DNA of 64,000 bases, taken from the IMG/VR virus record IMGVR_UViG_3300047316_000072, positions 5,983-69,982 of that record, one strand, 5' to 3'. Position numbers and translations under genes: made by a program. Of the stretch, positions 18,637 to 28,393 are shown piece by piece. Origin of the DNA: a virus. The stretch's first letter is position 1; the number at the start of each line of letters is the position of its first letter. The notes under the pieces were generated by a model, which made no database searches, was not told where the DNA came from, and saw only the letters and a program-made list of their open reading frames with translations.

Positions 18637-19140
18637 ATGAGTGGTACTGGTACGTTTGAAGAAGACAGCTTTGGAATGGGGACGGAGGCGACTGGCGACA
18701 CCCTGTATGTGAGTCTGGGTGAAGTCGACGACTCCGGCTTCAAGCCGGTGCCCAGGGGGCTGTACGACGTTGCGTTGGCACAGCTGGACTTTGGATTCAG
18801 CCAGCGGTCCAACAACCCCATGTGGACGTGGATCTGGGAGGTGGAAGACGGAGAGCACTCCGGCAGGAAGTTCTTCTACCACACGGTGTTCAACGAGGGC
18901 GGGTTCCCAAGGGTCAAGCGGACCCTTGCGCGGATCAAGACGGACGATGGGTACGAGGCAGAGCTCCTTGCTGCCCCGCGCTTCTCGCCCGAGCAGGTAG
19001 CCAACGAAGGAAGGCTGCTTGGTGCCCGTGCACGGATCCGCGTTGACATCCGCAAGTACGAGGGCCAGAACAGGAACAACGTGAGGGACATCCTGCCTCC
19101 TGGCGGTGGCTCAGAAGCTCCTGGCTTCTCCGGCGTCTAA
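18637..19140 (+). CDS. DUF669-like ssDNA-binding protein
   Basis: FKPVPRGLYDV..SNNPM..GEHSGRKFF..YEGQNRNNV. Confidence 0.8.
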   Translation: MSGTGTFEEDSFGMGTEATGDTLYVSLGEVDDSGFKPVPRGLYDVALAQLDFGFSQRSNNPMWTWIWEVEDGEHSGRKFFYHTVFNEGGFPRVKRTLARIKTDDGYEAELLAAPRFSPEQVANEGRLLGARARIRVDIRKYEGQNRNNVRDILPPGGGSEAPGFSGV

Positions 19141-19155
19141 GGCTAACCTACAACT

Positions 19156-19186
19156 GGAGCCGTCGAAAGGCGGCTCCTTTCTTTTT
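19156..19186 (+). terminator. rho-independent terminator
   Basis: GGAGCCGTC-GAAA-GGCGGCTCC + TTTCTTTTT. Confidence 0.85.
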
Positions 19187-19203
19187 ACCTGGAGGAAGAC
19201 AAA

Positions 19204-19908
19204 ATGATGACGGCAACGCACCGTGCATATGTTCTCCACAGCGGCGGGCTCGATAGCTCTACTGCTCTTGTGAAAGCATTCCAGGACAGCGGCTTGGAAG
19301 AAGAGGTCATCTCCGTCAGTATCAACTACGGACAACGTCACCTGAAGGAGACGGACTACGCCAAGCGGCTCTGTGATCACTACAGCATTGAGCACATCAT
19401 CGCAGACATTGTTGCACCACCAAAAAGCATGCTGACTGACATACATGCAACAGTCCCTCACATGTCATACTCCGATATGTCCCAAGGTATATCTCCTACC
19501 TACGTTCCGTTCAGGAACGGACAACTTCTCAGTCGGATCACTAGTATAGCCCAAGCATGGATTATGAAGGGCGACCTTGATGAACGAACTGCCACAGTCT
19601 GGTTTGGAGCGCATGCTGAAGATGCCCATAATTGGGCATATCCCGATTGTACTCCAGAGTTTATCGGGGCTATGGCTAACGCTATTTACATTGGCACTTA
19701 TCACAAAGTACGCCTGGTAGCTCCATTCGTCCACAGCACTAAGAGCCAAATCATAACTGAAGGCTACGATCTTAAAGTACCTTACGACATGACGTGGAGC
19801 TGTTACAAAGGGGAAGAGAAGCATTGCGGCGAGTGCCCCACCTGTATCGCTCGTAAGGAGGCGTTCATCAAAGCCGACGTCTACGACCCGACGGAGTACG
19901 CAGCATGA
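19204..19908 (+). CDS. queC: 7-cyano-7-deazaguanine synthase
   Basis: SGGLDS, YGQRH, YVPFRNG, YPDC, SCY..CGECPTC..R. Confidence 0.95.
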   Translation: MMTATHRAYVLHSGGLDSSTALVKAFQDSGLEEEVISVSINYGQRHLKETDYAKRLCDHYSIEHIIADIVAPPKSMLTDIHATVPHMSYSDMSQGISPTYVPFRNGQLLSRITSIAQAWIMKGDLDERTATVWFGAHAEDAHNWAYPDCTPEFIGAMANAIYIGTYHKVRLVAPFVHSTKSQIITEGYDLKVPYDMTWSCYKGEEKHCGECPTCIARKEAFIKADVYDPTEYAA

Positions 19909-20105
19909 CACCAGAGCAAGAACCACTTCTGCAGTTCTTTGAGTTCGACCATCTGAGAGAAGACCTGAAAGCCGTCTCCATGCAGTTCGGCCAAGTAGCC
20001 CACTGGATGGTTAACGTGCTGCCCAGAAATCCTGAACGTACAGCGGGGCTCAGAAAGCTCCTGGAGGCGAAGGACTGTGCAGTGAGGGCAAAGATCTACA
20101 AGTAA
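19905..20105 (+). CDS. small helical-hairpin protein (possibly Acb2/Tad1-like)
   Basis: FFEFDHL...LPRNPERTAGLRKLLEAKDCAVRA. Confidence 0.7.
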   Translation: MTPEQEPLLQFFEFDHLREDLKAVSMQFGQVAHWMVNVLPRNPERTAGLRKLLEAKDCAVRAKIYK

Positions 20106-20116
20106 CAGGGGGCAAC

Positions 20117-20659
20117 ATGTTCAGCATCCGTCGGACGATAGAGATCGACATGGGTCATCGTGTATCCACGCATGGCTCCAAGTGTTGGAACCTGCACGGT
20201 CACAGATACGTGATTGAGGCAGAGGTCAGATCGGACGAACTGAAAAAGAGCGGGCACGAAAGCGGCATGGTGATGGACTTCGGGTTCCTGAAGTCCTTCA
20301 TGATGAACCAGATCCATGACTTCTGTGATCACGGGCTCTGCCTCTACGCAGAAGACCCCATACTGTCGGCCTTTGTGACGGCAGCTAACCTGTACACTGC
20401 TCAGCACATCTGCCGAGAAGAGGGGTTTAACTTCATCCCTGAAGTTAAAGACCGCAACCAAATGAAGATACTCATCGTCCCCTTCATCCCAACTGCAGAG
20501 CACCTTGCTGAGTTCTGGTTCCACAGACTCGCCAAGCCCATCAAGCAACAGCACCCTAACGTCACCCTAACAAAACTGTATGTTTGGGAGACGCCAAATA
20601 GCGTGGCCATTTTCCCTACCCCGAGCAACAACACTGGTGTCGGAGGTACCGATGCCTGA
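20117..20659 (+). CDS. queD: 6-carboxytetrahydropterin synthase
   Basis: GHR..C.NLHGHRY, MDFG.LK, PTAEHLA, WETPNS. Confidence 0.95.
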   Translation: MFSIRRTIEIDMGHRVSTHGSKCWNLHGHRYVIEAEVRSDELKKSGHESGMVMDFGFLKSFMMNQIHDFCDHGLCLYAEDPILSAFVTAANLYTAQHICREEGFNFIPEVKDRNQMKILIVPFIPTAEHLAEFWFHRLAKPIKQQHPNVTLTKLYVWETPNSVAIFPTPSNNTGVGGTDA

Positions 20660-21377
20660 GAAGTTCCTCGTGTCCGAGATATTCGGACCCACGATCCAAG
20701 GCGAGGGCGCTCTCATTGGACAGACGAGTCACTTCATACGCTTCGCCGGGTGCTCTTACAGATGCTCTTGGTGCGACTCAATGCATGCTGTGGATCCGGA
20801 CCTCATACACAACAACTCCCAACGGCTGGACGAGGACGAGATACTAAACACACTCAGCAACTTACCAAACAGTGCTTATGCCAAATGGGTGACCCTCAGT
20901 GGAGGCGATCCTCTCCACTGGGAGCTCTACGAGCTGGTCAAAAGGCTCCAAGCCGACGACTTCATGGTGACTGTTGAAACACAGGGAGCGTTCTGGAAAG
21001 GCTGGCTACACAGCTGTGACAGAGTCACGTGTTCACCAAAGCCTCCAAGCTCGGGCATGTCATCCCAAATATCCTACCCTACACTAGACTGGTACTTGAC
21101 ATTGAGAGACAAGCTCAACTTCAAGGTCGTGATCTTCACAGAGGATGATCTTGACTTTGCTGAGCACATTCATCGCAAGTACCCCATGGTACGGCTGTTC
21201 CTCTCTGCAGGGACTCCTGTGATGCCGAGCGGCACCTCTCCGTTCCTCATGACCCACGAAGTCATGAAGAGCTACACGTGGCTTGTTGATGAAACGCTGA
21301 AACGTCCCGAGCTTGTCAACGCAACCACATTGCCACAGCTGCATGCTATGCTCTGGGGGAATCAGAAAGGGAAGTAA
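20652..21377 (+). CDS. queE: 7-carboxy-7-deazaguanine synthase (radical SAM)
   Basis: EIFGPTIQGEG, GCSYRCSWCDS, SGGDP, ETQG, SPKP, PQLH. Confidence 0.95.
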   Translation: MPEKFLVSEIFGPTIQGEGALIGQTSHFIRFAGCSYRCSWCDSMHAVDPDLIHNNSQRLDEDEILNTLSNLPNSAYAKWVTLSGGDPLHWELYELVKRLQADDFMVTVETQGAFWKGWLHSCDRVTCSPKPPSSGMSSQISYPTLDWYLTLRDKLNFKVVIFTEDDLDFAEHIHRKYPMVRLFLSAGTPVMPSGTSPFLMTHEVMKSYTWLVDETLKRPELVNATTLPQLHAMLWGNQKGK

Positions 21378-21387
21378 GGTGACCACT

Positions 21388-22008
21388 ATGGATGACGTAA
21401 ACATCACATTCACAACCCATCCGGGACCGGGAGTTCCTCGACACGGAGCCGAAGAGGACATTAGGTCACTGCTGAAGTTTGTCTACGGAGACAACCTCTC
21501 ACCGGAGGCTTATGAGAAGACTCCAAGAAGAGTACTCAGGTATCTGCAGGAGTTCAATCAGCCATTCTCAGCCTCAGAAATACTGGGCGAGATGTTTGAG
21601 GGTCCATCAGCCGAAGGTATCCACGGCCTTGTGGTGCAATCCAATATCCCCTTCAGGATGATGTGTGAGCACCATCTATTGCCTGCGACAGGGTCGGCCT
21701 TCTTAGGGTACATCCCCGATGGTAAGGTGGTAGGGCTCTCCAAGCTCGCCCGTCTTGTTGATGCTGTCAGTACCTCCAAACCCTCAATGCAAGAGCGCAT
21801 ATGCGAGACTATCGCGGATACTCTGAACGTGCATACCAAAGCCAAGGGCGTCATCTGCGTGATCGACTCGATGCACACCTGCATGGCGTGCCGAGGTATC
21901 AACACACCAGAAGTAGTTTCCACTACTTCCTGCGTACGCGGGGTATTCAGGGATGTCCCAGCTGCCCGGTCGGAGTTCTTCAGCATCATCAACCGCAACA
22001 GGAGGTAA
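21388..22008 (+). CDS. folE: GTP cyclohydrolase I
   Basis: TPRRV, CEHHLLP, GLSKLAR, QER, HTCM..RG. Confidence 0.95.
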   Translation: MDDVNITFTTHPGPGVPRHGAEEDIRSLLKFVYGDNLSPEAYEKTPRRVLRYLQEFNQPFSASEILGEMFEGPSAEGIHGLVVQSNIPFRMMCEHHLLPATGSAFLGYIPDGKVVGLSKLARLVDAVSTSKPSMQERICETIADTLNVHTKAKGVICVIDSMHTCMACRGINTPEVVSTTSCVRGVFRDVPAARSEFFSIINRNRR

Positions 22009-22017
22009 ACAACCCCA

Positions 22018-22200
22018 ATGAAGAGCGATCTGGTTGACATTAGCGGTGAGCTAGTAGTACCGTATGAGACCAAACTAGCCTACCACTTCTACGACGGTGC
22101 CAGAGAGGTCTGGTTGCCTAAGAGTCAGTGCGAGTGGGACGAGAACTCAAAGGAAATGACGATGCCCATGTGGCTCGCCAAAGAAAAGGAACTGATCTAG
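22018..22200 (+). CDS. small beta-rich hypothetical protein
   Basis: GGAGG SD; VWLPKSQ..MPMWLAKEKEL. Confidence 0.75.
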   Translation: MKSDLVDISGELVVPYETKLAYHFYDGAREVWLPKSQCEWDENSKEMTMPMWLAKEKELI

Positions 22201-22202
22201 TC

Positions 22203-23033
22203 ATGGCCCAGTTTGCTCCTGTAGCCCCACCACAAGTCCTACGGTCGCTCCGCGAGTTAGGTGAACAAGTTGTTGGACGGTATCATCTTCTGCTTGCTCA
22301 TGACGTCGTTGATAAGCCTCATGAATATAAGGATCTCCTACCCCGAGGTGCCTTTGTTATTATGGACAACTCTATCATTGAGCTTGGCCACCCTGTTGAT
22401 GCTCGTACAATGCGTCGCGCACTTGAGATCGTTCCTTCCAACGTCGTTGTACTCCCAGATGTGATCCGTGAGTTTGACTACACGTTGGAGCTGAGCTTTA
22501 CCGCTGCTGAGCAATACAGAGAGTTCATTGACTTCCACAAGACCACATACATGGCTGTACCACAGGGCACCACAATGGACGAGCTCATGAAGAGTGCGTG
22601 GGAGCTACGACACATCGAAGGCGTAGGCTGTTGGGGGATCCCTAGACACATCGTAGAGCTGCTGGGGTCGCGCATCGAATTCACGAGGTGGATCTGGGAT
22701 ACCCTTGATATGCACTTGGCGTATCGGAAGCACGGACCGTTTATCCATCTACTGGGGTTCAGCGACGATATGGAGGATGATCTGGAGTGCTGCCATCTGC
22801 CCGGGGTGTTAGGGATTGACTCAGCGGTCCCAATCCGTATGGGACAGCACCGTCAACAGATCAGCAAAGTACAGAAGACTCATGTACCACGGCTTGATTG
22901 GTGGGCCGGCGCCACATCCCACATCCATCCTGAGACTCTGGCCAACTTGATGTTAGTGCGGAATTGGACACAGTTCTCACCAGTACAAACATCTCGGAAG
23001 GATGCTGCCCTCCAGATTCCACATGCTTCTTAG
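22203..23033 (+). CDS. TGT/DpdA-like deazaguanine transglycosylase
   Basis: IMDNS..ELG, LPDV, AVPQG, IHLLG, GIDSA match TGT barrel motifs; follows queC-D-E-folE. Confidence 0.7.
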   Translation: MAQFAPVAPPQVLRSLRELGEQVVGRYHLLLAHDVVDKPHEYKDLLPRGAFVIMDNSIIELGHPVDARTMRRALEIVPSNVVVLPDVIREFDYTLELSFTAAEQYREFIDFHKTTYMAVPQGTTMDELMKSAWELRHIEGVGCWGIPRHIVELLGSRIEFTRWIWDTLDMHLAYRKHGPFIHLLGFSDDMEDDLECCHLPGVLGIDSAVPIRMGQHRQQISKVQKTHVPRLDWWAGATSHIHPETLANLMLVRNWTQFSPVQTSRKDAALQIPHAS

Positions 23034-23131
23034 GCTCCCGTAACATGAAACCCTCTTTTACGGGGGCTGAAAGACAGGTGGGGACCACTCAGGAGAGCTA
23101 GATCTTTACGTCATTTTCTTCCGGAGGAAAC

Positions 23132-25804
23132 ATGAAACTGGCTGGACCGCCAATCGTATATCCGACAGAACGCCCTCAGTGCCCTAACTGCCCTTACGGT
23201 GGACCAAAGGTAGGCTCACGAGGCAACCCACAAAGCCCTATAGTCTTCATCGGCGAAGCTCCAGGAGCACAGGAGATCCAACATGGGATCCCACTTGTAG
23301 GGCCATCAGGAGAAGTGTTCTGGCAGACTCTAGCAAAGGAGATGCCACAATGGGATCCGCAGGACGTACTAATTCTCAACGCATGTCAGTGCCTACCCCC
23401 TCGGACGAAGGACACACAAAAGAATCTCGCCACCGTCCAAAGAGCCGCTCAAGCCTGCTCAATGCGATTACGCGAGCAGGTGTTACAATTCCCCCGCCGT
23501 TTAGTGATTGCGATGGGGAACTTTGCATTACGCTCACTGACTGGGAACTATGGCTACAAGATCACGCAAATACGTGGGCAGCTCTTAAGGAGCGACCTTT
23601 CATCGCGTGGGCTGTTGCCTGTCATCCACCCGGCAGCACTTCTGAGGGGTACTGGAAACTATCGTCTGTACAAAGAGGACATCCGCTACGCCTCGCAGTT
23701 ATTGGACGGTGGACCTCAAAGACGCGAGATAACGCCAAGGTGGCTCGTGATAAGAAACAAGTTCCAAATATCGCAGATGTGTAACCTATTGAAACACAAC
23801 AAGTTTATAGCGTGCGATTCGGAAACAGGGGGCTTCAATCACCTCACTGATGAAGTGCTGGCTGTTGGCCTTTGCAGCGACCCCTCGCTGGTGTATATCG
23901 TTCCAGGCGAGCTGGTCAAGTATCTAGCTCCGCTATTCCGTGAGAAGGGGCCCAGGTTCATATGGCACAACGGTAAGTTCGACATGCGGTTCATGCGACG
24001 TGAAATAGGGAAAGAGGCAAGGTGTGATGATGATACAATGCTCCTGTCTTACACAATTGATGAGCAAGGCGGAATCCATGATCTCGAGCAACTCGGGAAC
24101 GATCTTCTCGGTGCGCCCGACTACAAGCACATGCTCAAACCATGGCTGCCTAATCGGAAGACTAGCTTCAGGGTCGTTCCCAGGCCAGTGCTCTATCACT
24201 ACCTTGCACTCGATACAAGCAATACCCTACAAATCTTCGGAGTCATGCGAGGTCGAGTGGCTGCTGACCCTATCATGGAAAAGCTCTATACCAAAACCCT
24301 GATGCCAGCAGCTGAGTTCCTCTATCAGGTAGAGATGAGAGGGATGATGGTATGCAAGAATAGGATGGAGCATCAGTCCACAGTATTGCAGCTAGACATC
24401 AATCAGGCCTATACAGTCATGCAGGCAGTAGCGGCAAGAGCTGGACTCAATGGTGAGATCAACCCAAACAGTCCACTACAGCTAGCACACCTCTTCTGGG
24501 ATGTCCTGAAGATCAAGCAGCCGAAGGCCGGGGACAGGAGTACCAGACGGGAAGTGCTGGATATGCTTCCCAACCACCCAGCGGTCAGCGCGTTGAAGTC
24601 ATTCCGGAAGGCGTCGAAGGCAAAGAGTACCTATGTGACCAGTCTAGAAAGGAACCTCAATGTCGACGGAAGAGTTCACCCAACATTTCTACTTCATGGA
24701 ACTAGGACAGGACGGCTCTCAAGTCGCGGTCCCAATATGCAAAACATCCCCCGAGGTACTCAGATTAGAGGAATGTACATGGCTCAGCCAGGCCATGTAT
24801 TTATTAAGGCTGATCTCAACCAGGCAGAGCTCCGGTCCCTTGCCGTACTATCCGGAGATGATTACCTGCTTGGAGTGTATGCGCCTGGTAGCCGACGCAA
24901 GCTCCACCATGAGACGGCCGAAGAGTTCTATCCGGGGTGGATCGCTCGTGGTAGGGACAAGACCTACGAAGGATATGAGCAGATCATCAGAGCAAAGGCT
25001 GTCAACTTTGGCATTGTGTATGGTCGTCAGGCACCTTCCATAGCTGATGAGTTCAACCTACCTATGAGGGTAGCACAGGGCTTCATTGACAAGTGGTCTC
25101 ATAGGAGCCCTAAGGCTTGGGCATTCATGGAGAAGTGTAGGAACGCTCCGGTGAAGGGACAGAACCTAGTTACTATTTTTGGCCGCAGAAAACGGCACTG
25201 GCTTGTAACCAGGGAGAACCTGAATAGCCTACAAAATGAGGCATCAAATTTTCCTCACCAGTCCATCTCGCATGACATTTGCATGCACGGTGGAATGAAG
25301 GCAGCTCCCATACTACAGCCATACGGAGTGTACCCGTGCAATGAAGTACACGATGAGGTCATGTTCGAGTGTCCAGACATCCCTGAGCTGATAAGCTTCA
25401 GCAAATACGTAATAGTCAGATGCCTGGAATCTATCGCGCCATCATGGGGCCTAACGCAGATACCGTTCCTAGCTGAGGCCGATGTGGGCAGGCGCTGGAG
25501 TATCTATCGCAACCCAAAGGAGTTCCCCTATGACTACCGCCCTGATAGTGAAACGGAGTGGCATGTACCTAACAGCGCCGTGCTTGATGCGATCAGAGTT
25601 AGCAGGTACAACCTTGAGTTACTGGCATCTAAGCCGGAGTTGCTTCCACCCGGAAATGGAATGGGAACGTCCACGAGTGACGTACGTACTGTCGCAGATC
25701 CTGTCGATGCTTCAATTGATGCAGACTGGGCAGAAACAGAACCTGAGGCTGTATGGGGTCCTTTGCCAGCTTCAGAACTTGATCGTAGGGACCTCACACC
25801 ATAA
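23132..25804 (+). CDS. family A DNA polymerase with N-terminal family-4 UDG-like domain (SPO1-type)
   Basis: CxxC, GEAPGxxE, HPAALLR; exonuclease DSET/HNGKFD/YLALD; polymerase TGRLSS, DLNQAELR, KAVNFGIVYG, VHDE. Confidence 0.95.
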   Translation: MKLAGPPIVYPTERPQCPNCPYGGPKVGSRGNPQSPIVFIGEAPGAQEIQHGIPLVGPSGEVFWQTLAKEMPQWDPQDVLILNACQCLPPRTKDTQKNLATVQRAAQACSMRLREQVLQFPRRLVIAMGNFALRSLTGNYGYKITQIRGQLLRSDLSSRGLLPVIHPAALLRGTGNYRLYKEDIRYASQLLDGGPQRREITPRWLVIRNKFQISQMCNLLKHNKFIACDSETGGFNHLTDEVLAVGLCSDPSLVYIVPGELVKYLAPLFREKGPRFIWHNGKFDMRFMRREIGKEARCDDDTMLLSYTIDEQGGIHDLEQLGNDLLGAPDYKHMLKPWLPNRKTSFRVVPRPVLYHYLALDTSNTLQIFGVMRGRVAADPIMEKLYTKTLMPAAEFLYQVEMRGMMVCKNRMEHQSTVLQLDINQAYTVMQAVAARAGLNGEINPNSPLQLAHLFWDVLKIKQPKAGDRSTRREVLDMLPNHPAVSALKSFRKASKAKSTYVTSLERNLNVDGRVHPTFLLHGTRTGRLSSRGPNMQNIPRGTQIRGMYMAQPGHVFIKADLNQAELRSLAVLSGDDYLLGVYAPGSRRKLHHETAEEFYPGWIARGRDKTYEGYEQIIRAKAVNFGIVYGRQAPSIADEFNLPMRVAQGFIDKWSHRSPKAWAFMEKCRNAPVKGQNLVTIFGRRKRHWLVTRENLNSLQNEASNFPHQSISHDICMHGGMKAAPILQPYGVYPCNEVHDEVMFECPDIPELISFSKYVIVRCLESIAPSWGLTQIPFLAEADVGRRWSIYRNPKEFPYDYRPDSETEWHVPNSAVLDAIRVSRYNLELLASKPELLPPGNGMGTSTSDVRTVADPVDASIDADWAETEPEAVWGPLPASELDRRDLTP

Positions 25805-25814
25805 CGCAGCGTAG

Positions 25815-25850
25815 AAAAAGAGGGAGCGCTAATCTGACTAGCGCTCCCTT
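25815..25850 (-). terminator. terminator between convergent operons
   Basis: AGGGAGCGCTA/TAGCGCTCCCT stem with an A-tract on the left. Confidence 0.8.
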
Positions 25851-25968
25851 AGTTGTAGCACGTCTGGGCTCTCGCCCCGCAGATCAGTCCAGCGAGGTGA
25901 CCGGACAGACCTACGTTGTAACCCCATTAGGGAGGAAACAAACCAATGGGGCTACCTCTGGAGAGTCA

Positions 25969-28380
25969 TCAAGTACAGACCCATAACCAACCGTCTGACG
26001 AGACTGGAGCGGCCAAGCTGACCCAATGCTCGACAGAAACCTGCGTGACCGTCTCTCTTGTAGGGATCGAAGTAACTGTTGCCCAGTGCTCCAAGGACAC
26101 CTGAGTAAGTGCCTCAGCCGGCCGGACACCGCTTATGAGAAAGTGTTCTACGCTTACCTGCGTGACTGAAGCAATAGGCAGGCCTGCAGCCCAGTGTTCG
26201 ACTCCTACCTGTGTAACCTGATCCTGAGTAGCGGAGAGCGAGATTGCGCGAGGTCTGCTCTGAGTACCTGCCTGGACTCGAGCTAAGATGTCTGTGTAGG
26301 CAGATGTAAGTGTAGCTGTTCCACGAGCTTTGCTGCCCGCTCCTACACGGGCACGGATATCGGTATAACCCGACGGTACACTGACGATTACTTCAATGCC
26401 ACTGAAGGCACCAACCACTCCAGCATTATACGTCGCGACATACGAAGGCGTAGGGACCGAGCCTGGCTGAACGTCTCCTAGCCAGATCATGTTACCTGTG
26501 TTGGCGGAGCCTTGACCTACTAGTGTCGCAGGCGTGACAATCGTTCCACCACTTGTAGCACTCTGGTAAGTGACTAGAACATAATTGCTAGGACTAGCTG
26601 GAGTTGCGGGGAGTAGCGTAGCAGTAAAGGGAGATGACCCAGTACCTGCAGCAGTAAGTACCTGATCTAGCGTGACGCCAGAAGTATTGACAGCACGGAT
26701 ACAGACTGTAGAGGTAGTGGTGTTGACTGTGCCTGAATTGGTATAGACAGGGTCAGCATCGCCAGCTGCATAGATCTTAGTGAAGAGGTAGGCGCCATTG
26801 ATGAGAGCTGACCGGGTGTATCCTGCAGGTGTAGTGATAGTTGTACCTGCTGCAGGGATAGCGAAGGTGCAGACTAGGTCACCAGTACGTGCACCTAGAC
26901 GGCTGAGAGGGATTGTAGTACTGGCTACACTGCCCGTGGTACCATAAGCTGCACCCCAGGTAGCAGGTGTTGACTGAGGAGTTGCAACTGTGTCAGGAGC
27001 GTACTTGATGGCAATCTGTACGCCAGTGTAGAGAACACCACCAGTGCCTGACCAGGTTGCAAACTGATTCCCTGTTAGTCCAGTTCCTACAAGCGTTCTA
27101 TCGGCAGCAATAATCCCCTGACCGTTAGTGAATGCTCTCTGAACGAATCCTGTCGGTAATGTTGGCACACCTGGGAACGTAGTACTGATCATCCATATCC
27201 CAACCAGCTTGTCGTTGGGATACTTAGGAGCTACTGATGGAGCGTTGTAGTAACCAGCAAAGGTGCCGCTGGCAGCCTGAGAGGCTATGCAGTTATTGCT
27301 AACGTCGATAGGATTGGTCTGATCAACGTTGAAATACCTGAGCGCGCACGACGCCCATGTGTTACTAATGGTGGAGGTAAGTGTGATGCTAGTCGGATCG
27401 CCGGCTTGAACAAGCCTATAGATGGCTCCTTGACCATTGACGTTGAAGAGAGTAGTCCAGCCTGCCGGAGGCGTAACTACTGGACCTGGAACGGTTCCTA
27501 TAGCAACGGTCTGAGTGTAGCCGACAATGATTAGGTCACCAAGCACTCCTCCTGGTAGTGCGATGACGTTTGTTGTGGAGTTAGTTGTTGGTCCTAGTGT
27601 TGAACTGCGGAACTGGACACCCTCAACAGGGACCCATTCCTCGATCGAACTTTGCGTGACACGGGCATAGTTGAGAGCAGGGTCGATGATCCCCCACTCT
27701 TCAATGGACGACTGTGTGACAACGGCAGTTACGTTAGCATCTGAAGGAGCACCCCATTCCTCGATTGAGGACTGCGTAACGATGTTGCTAGTCGCTGGCC
27801 CCAGCCCTGATGTAAAGCCGCTAGTGAAGCCGGATGGGACAGTTCCACTGAACGCAGTGTCACCAAAGTTAGCTGTACATGCATCCGAGGCTGCCGAGAA
27901 TTCAGTTACTGGGAGGAAGCCAATAGGACCACCAGCTACAGTACCAACCGCGAGTCCTCCAACTCCGGTTGCAGGATTTGCAGTGCCGCTACCATTCCAG
28001 TTACCGGCAGGAGCAACTCGGATCCAGAGGAGTCCTGCGGACGCATCCAGCGCAAAGGACATAGTAGCGCCAGACGTAGTCCCAGTCAGTCCAGTAGCAA
28101 TCTGGGTCCCTGACCGATAGACTGTAGCGTTGTTAAATACCGCTACAAGATTGGTGGCGTTCCAAACGTTAGGAGTGGAGCTAGCATTAGTAAGGCCAAT
28201 GCCTGTGTTGCCGTTGACCCAGGCAGACATAAGAACTTCCCAGTAGAACTTTCCACTGGCGATGTTGTCTATAGTACGTACCCAGGCGCCTGCTCCAGAG
28301 GCGGTAGCAGTCAGATTGTTCGTACCGCTCAACGTAACGTTGGCGGTCTTATCCGTTGTACTCCAAGTGGTGTTGGCCAC
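25969..28380 (-). CDS. tail fibre/receptor-binding protein with SPRY-like N-terminal domain
   Basis: SGKFYWEV SPRY-like motif; T/G/S-rich; repeated VTQxxxExW motifs. Confidence 0.7.
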   Translation of the reverse strand: MANTTWSTTDKTANVTLSGTNNLTATASGAGAWVRTIDNIASGKFYWEVLMSAWVNGNTGIGLTNASSTPNVWNATNLVAVFNNATVYRSGTQIATGLTGTTSGATMSFALDASAGLLWIRVAPAGNWNGSGTANPATGVGGLAVGTVAGGPIGFLPVTEFSAASDACTANFGDTAFSGTVPSGFTSGFTSGLGPATSNIVTQSSIEEWGAPSDANVTAVVTQSSIEEWGIIDPALNYARVTQSSIEEWVPVEGVQFRSSTLGPTTNSTTNVIALPGGVLGDLIIVGYTQTVAIGTVPGPVVTPPAGWTTLFNVNGQGAIYRLVQAGDPTSITLTSTISNTWASCALRYFNVDQTNPIDVSNNCIASQAASGTFAGYYNAPSVAPKYPNDKLVGIWMISTTFPGVPTLPTGFVQRAFTNGQGIIAADRTLVGTGLTGNQFATWSGTGGVLYTGVQIAIKYAPDTVATPQSTPATWGAAYGTTGSVASTTIPLSRLGARTGDLVCTFAIPAAGTTITTPAGYTRSALINGAYLFTKIYAAGDADPVYTNSGTVNTTTSTVCIRAVNTSGVTLDQVLTAAGTGSSPFTATLLPATPASPSNYVLVTYQSATSGGTIVTPATLVGQGSANTGNMIWLGDVQPGSVPTPSYVATYNAGVVGAFSGIEVIVSVPSGYTDIRARVGAGSKARGTATLTSAYTDILARVQAGTQSRPRAISLSATQDQVTQVGVEHWAAGLPIASVTQVSVEHFLISGVRPAEALTQVSLEHWATVTSIPTRETVTQVSVEHWVSLAAPVSSDGWLWVCT

Positions 28381-28393
28381 TGACTATACTACA

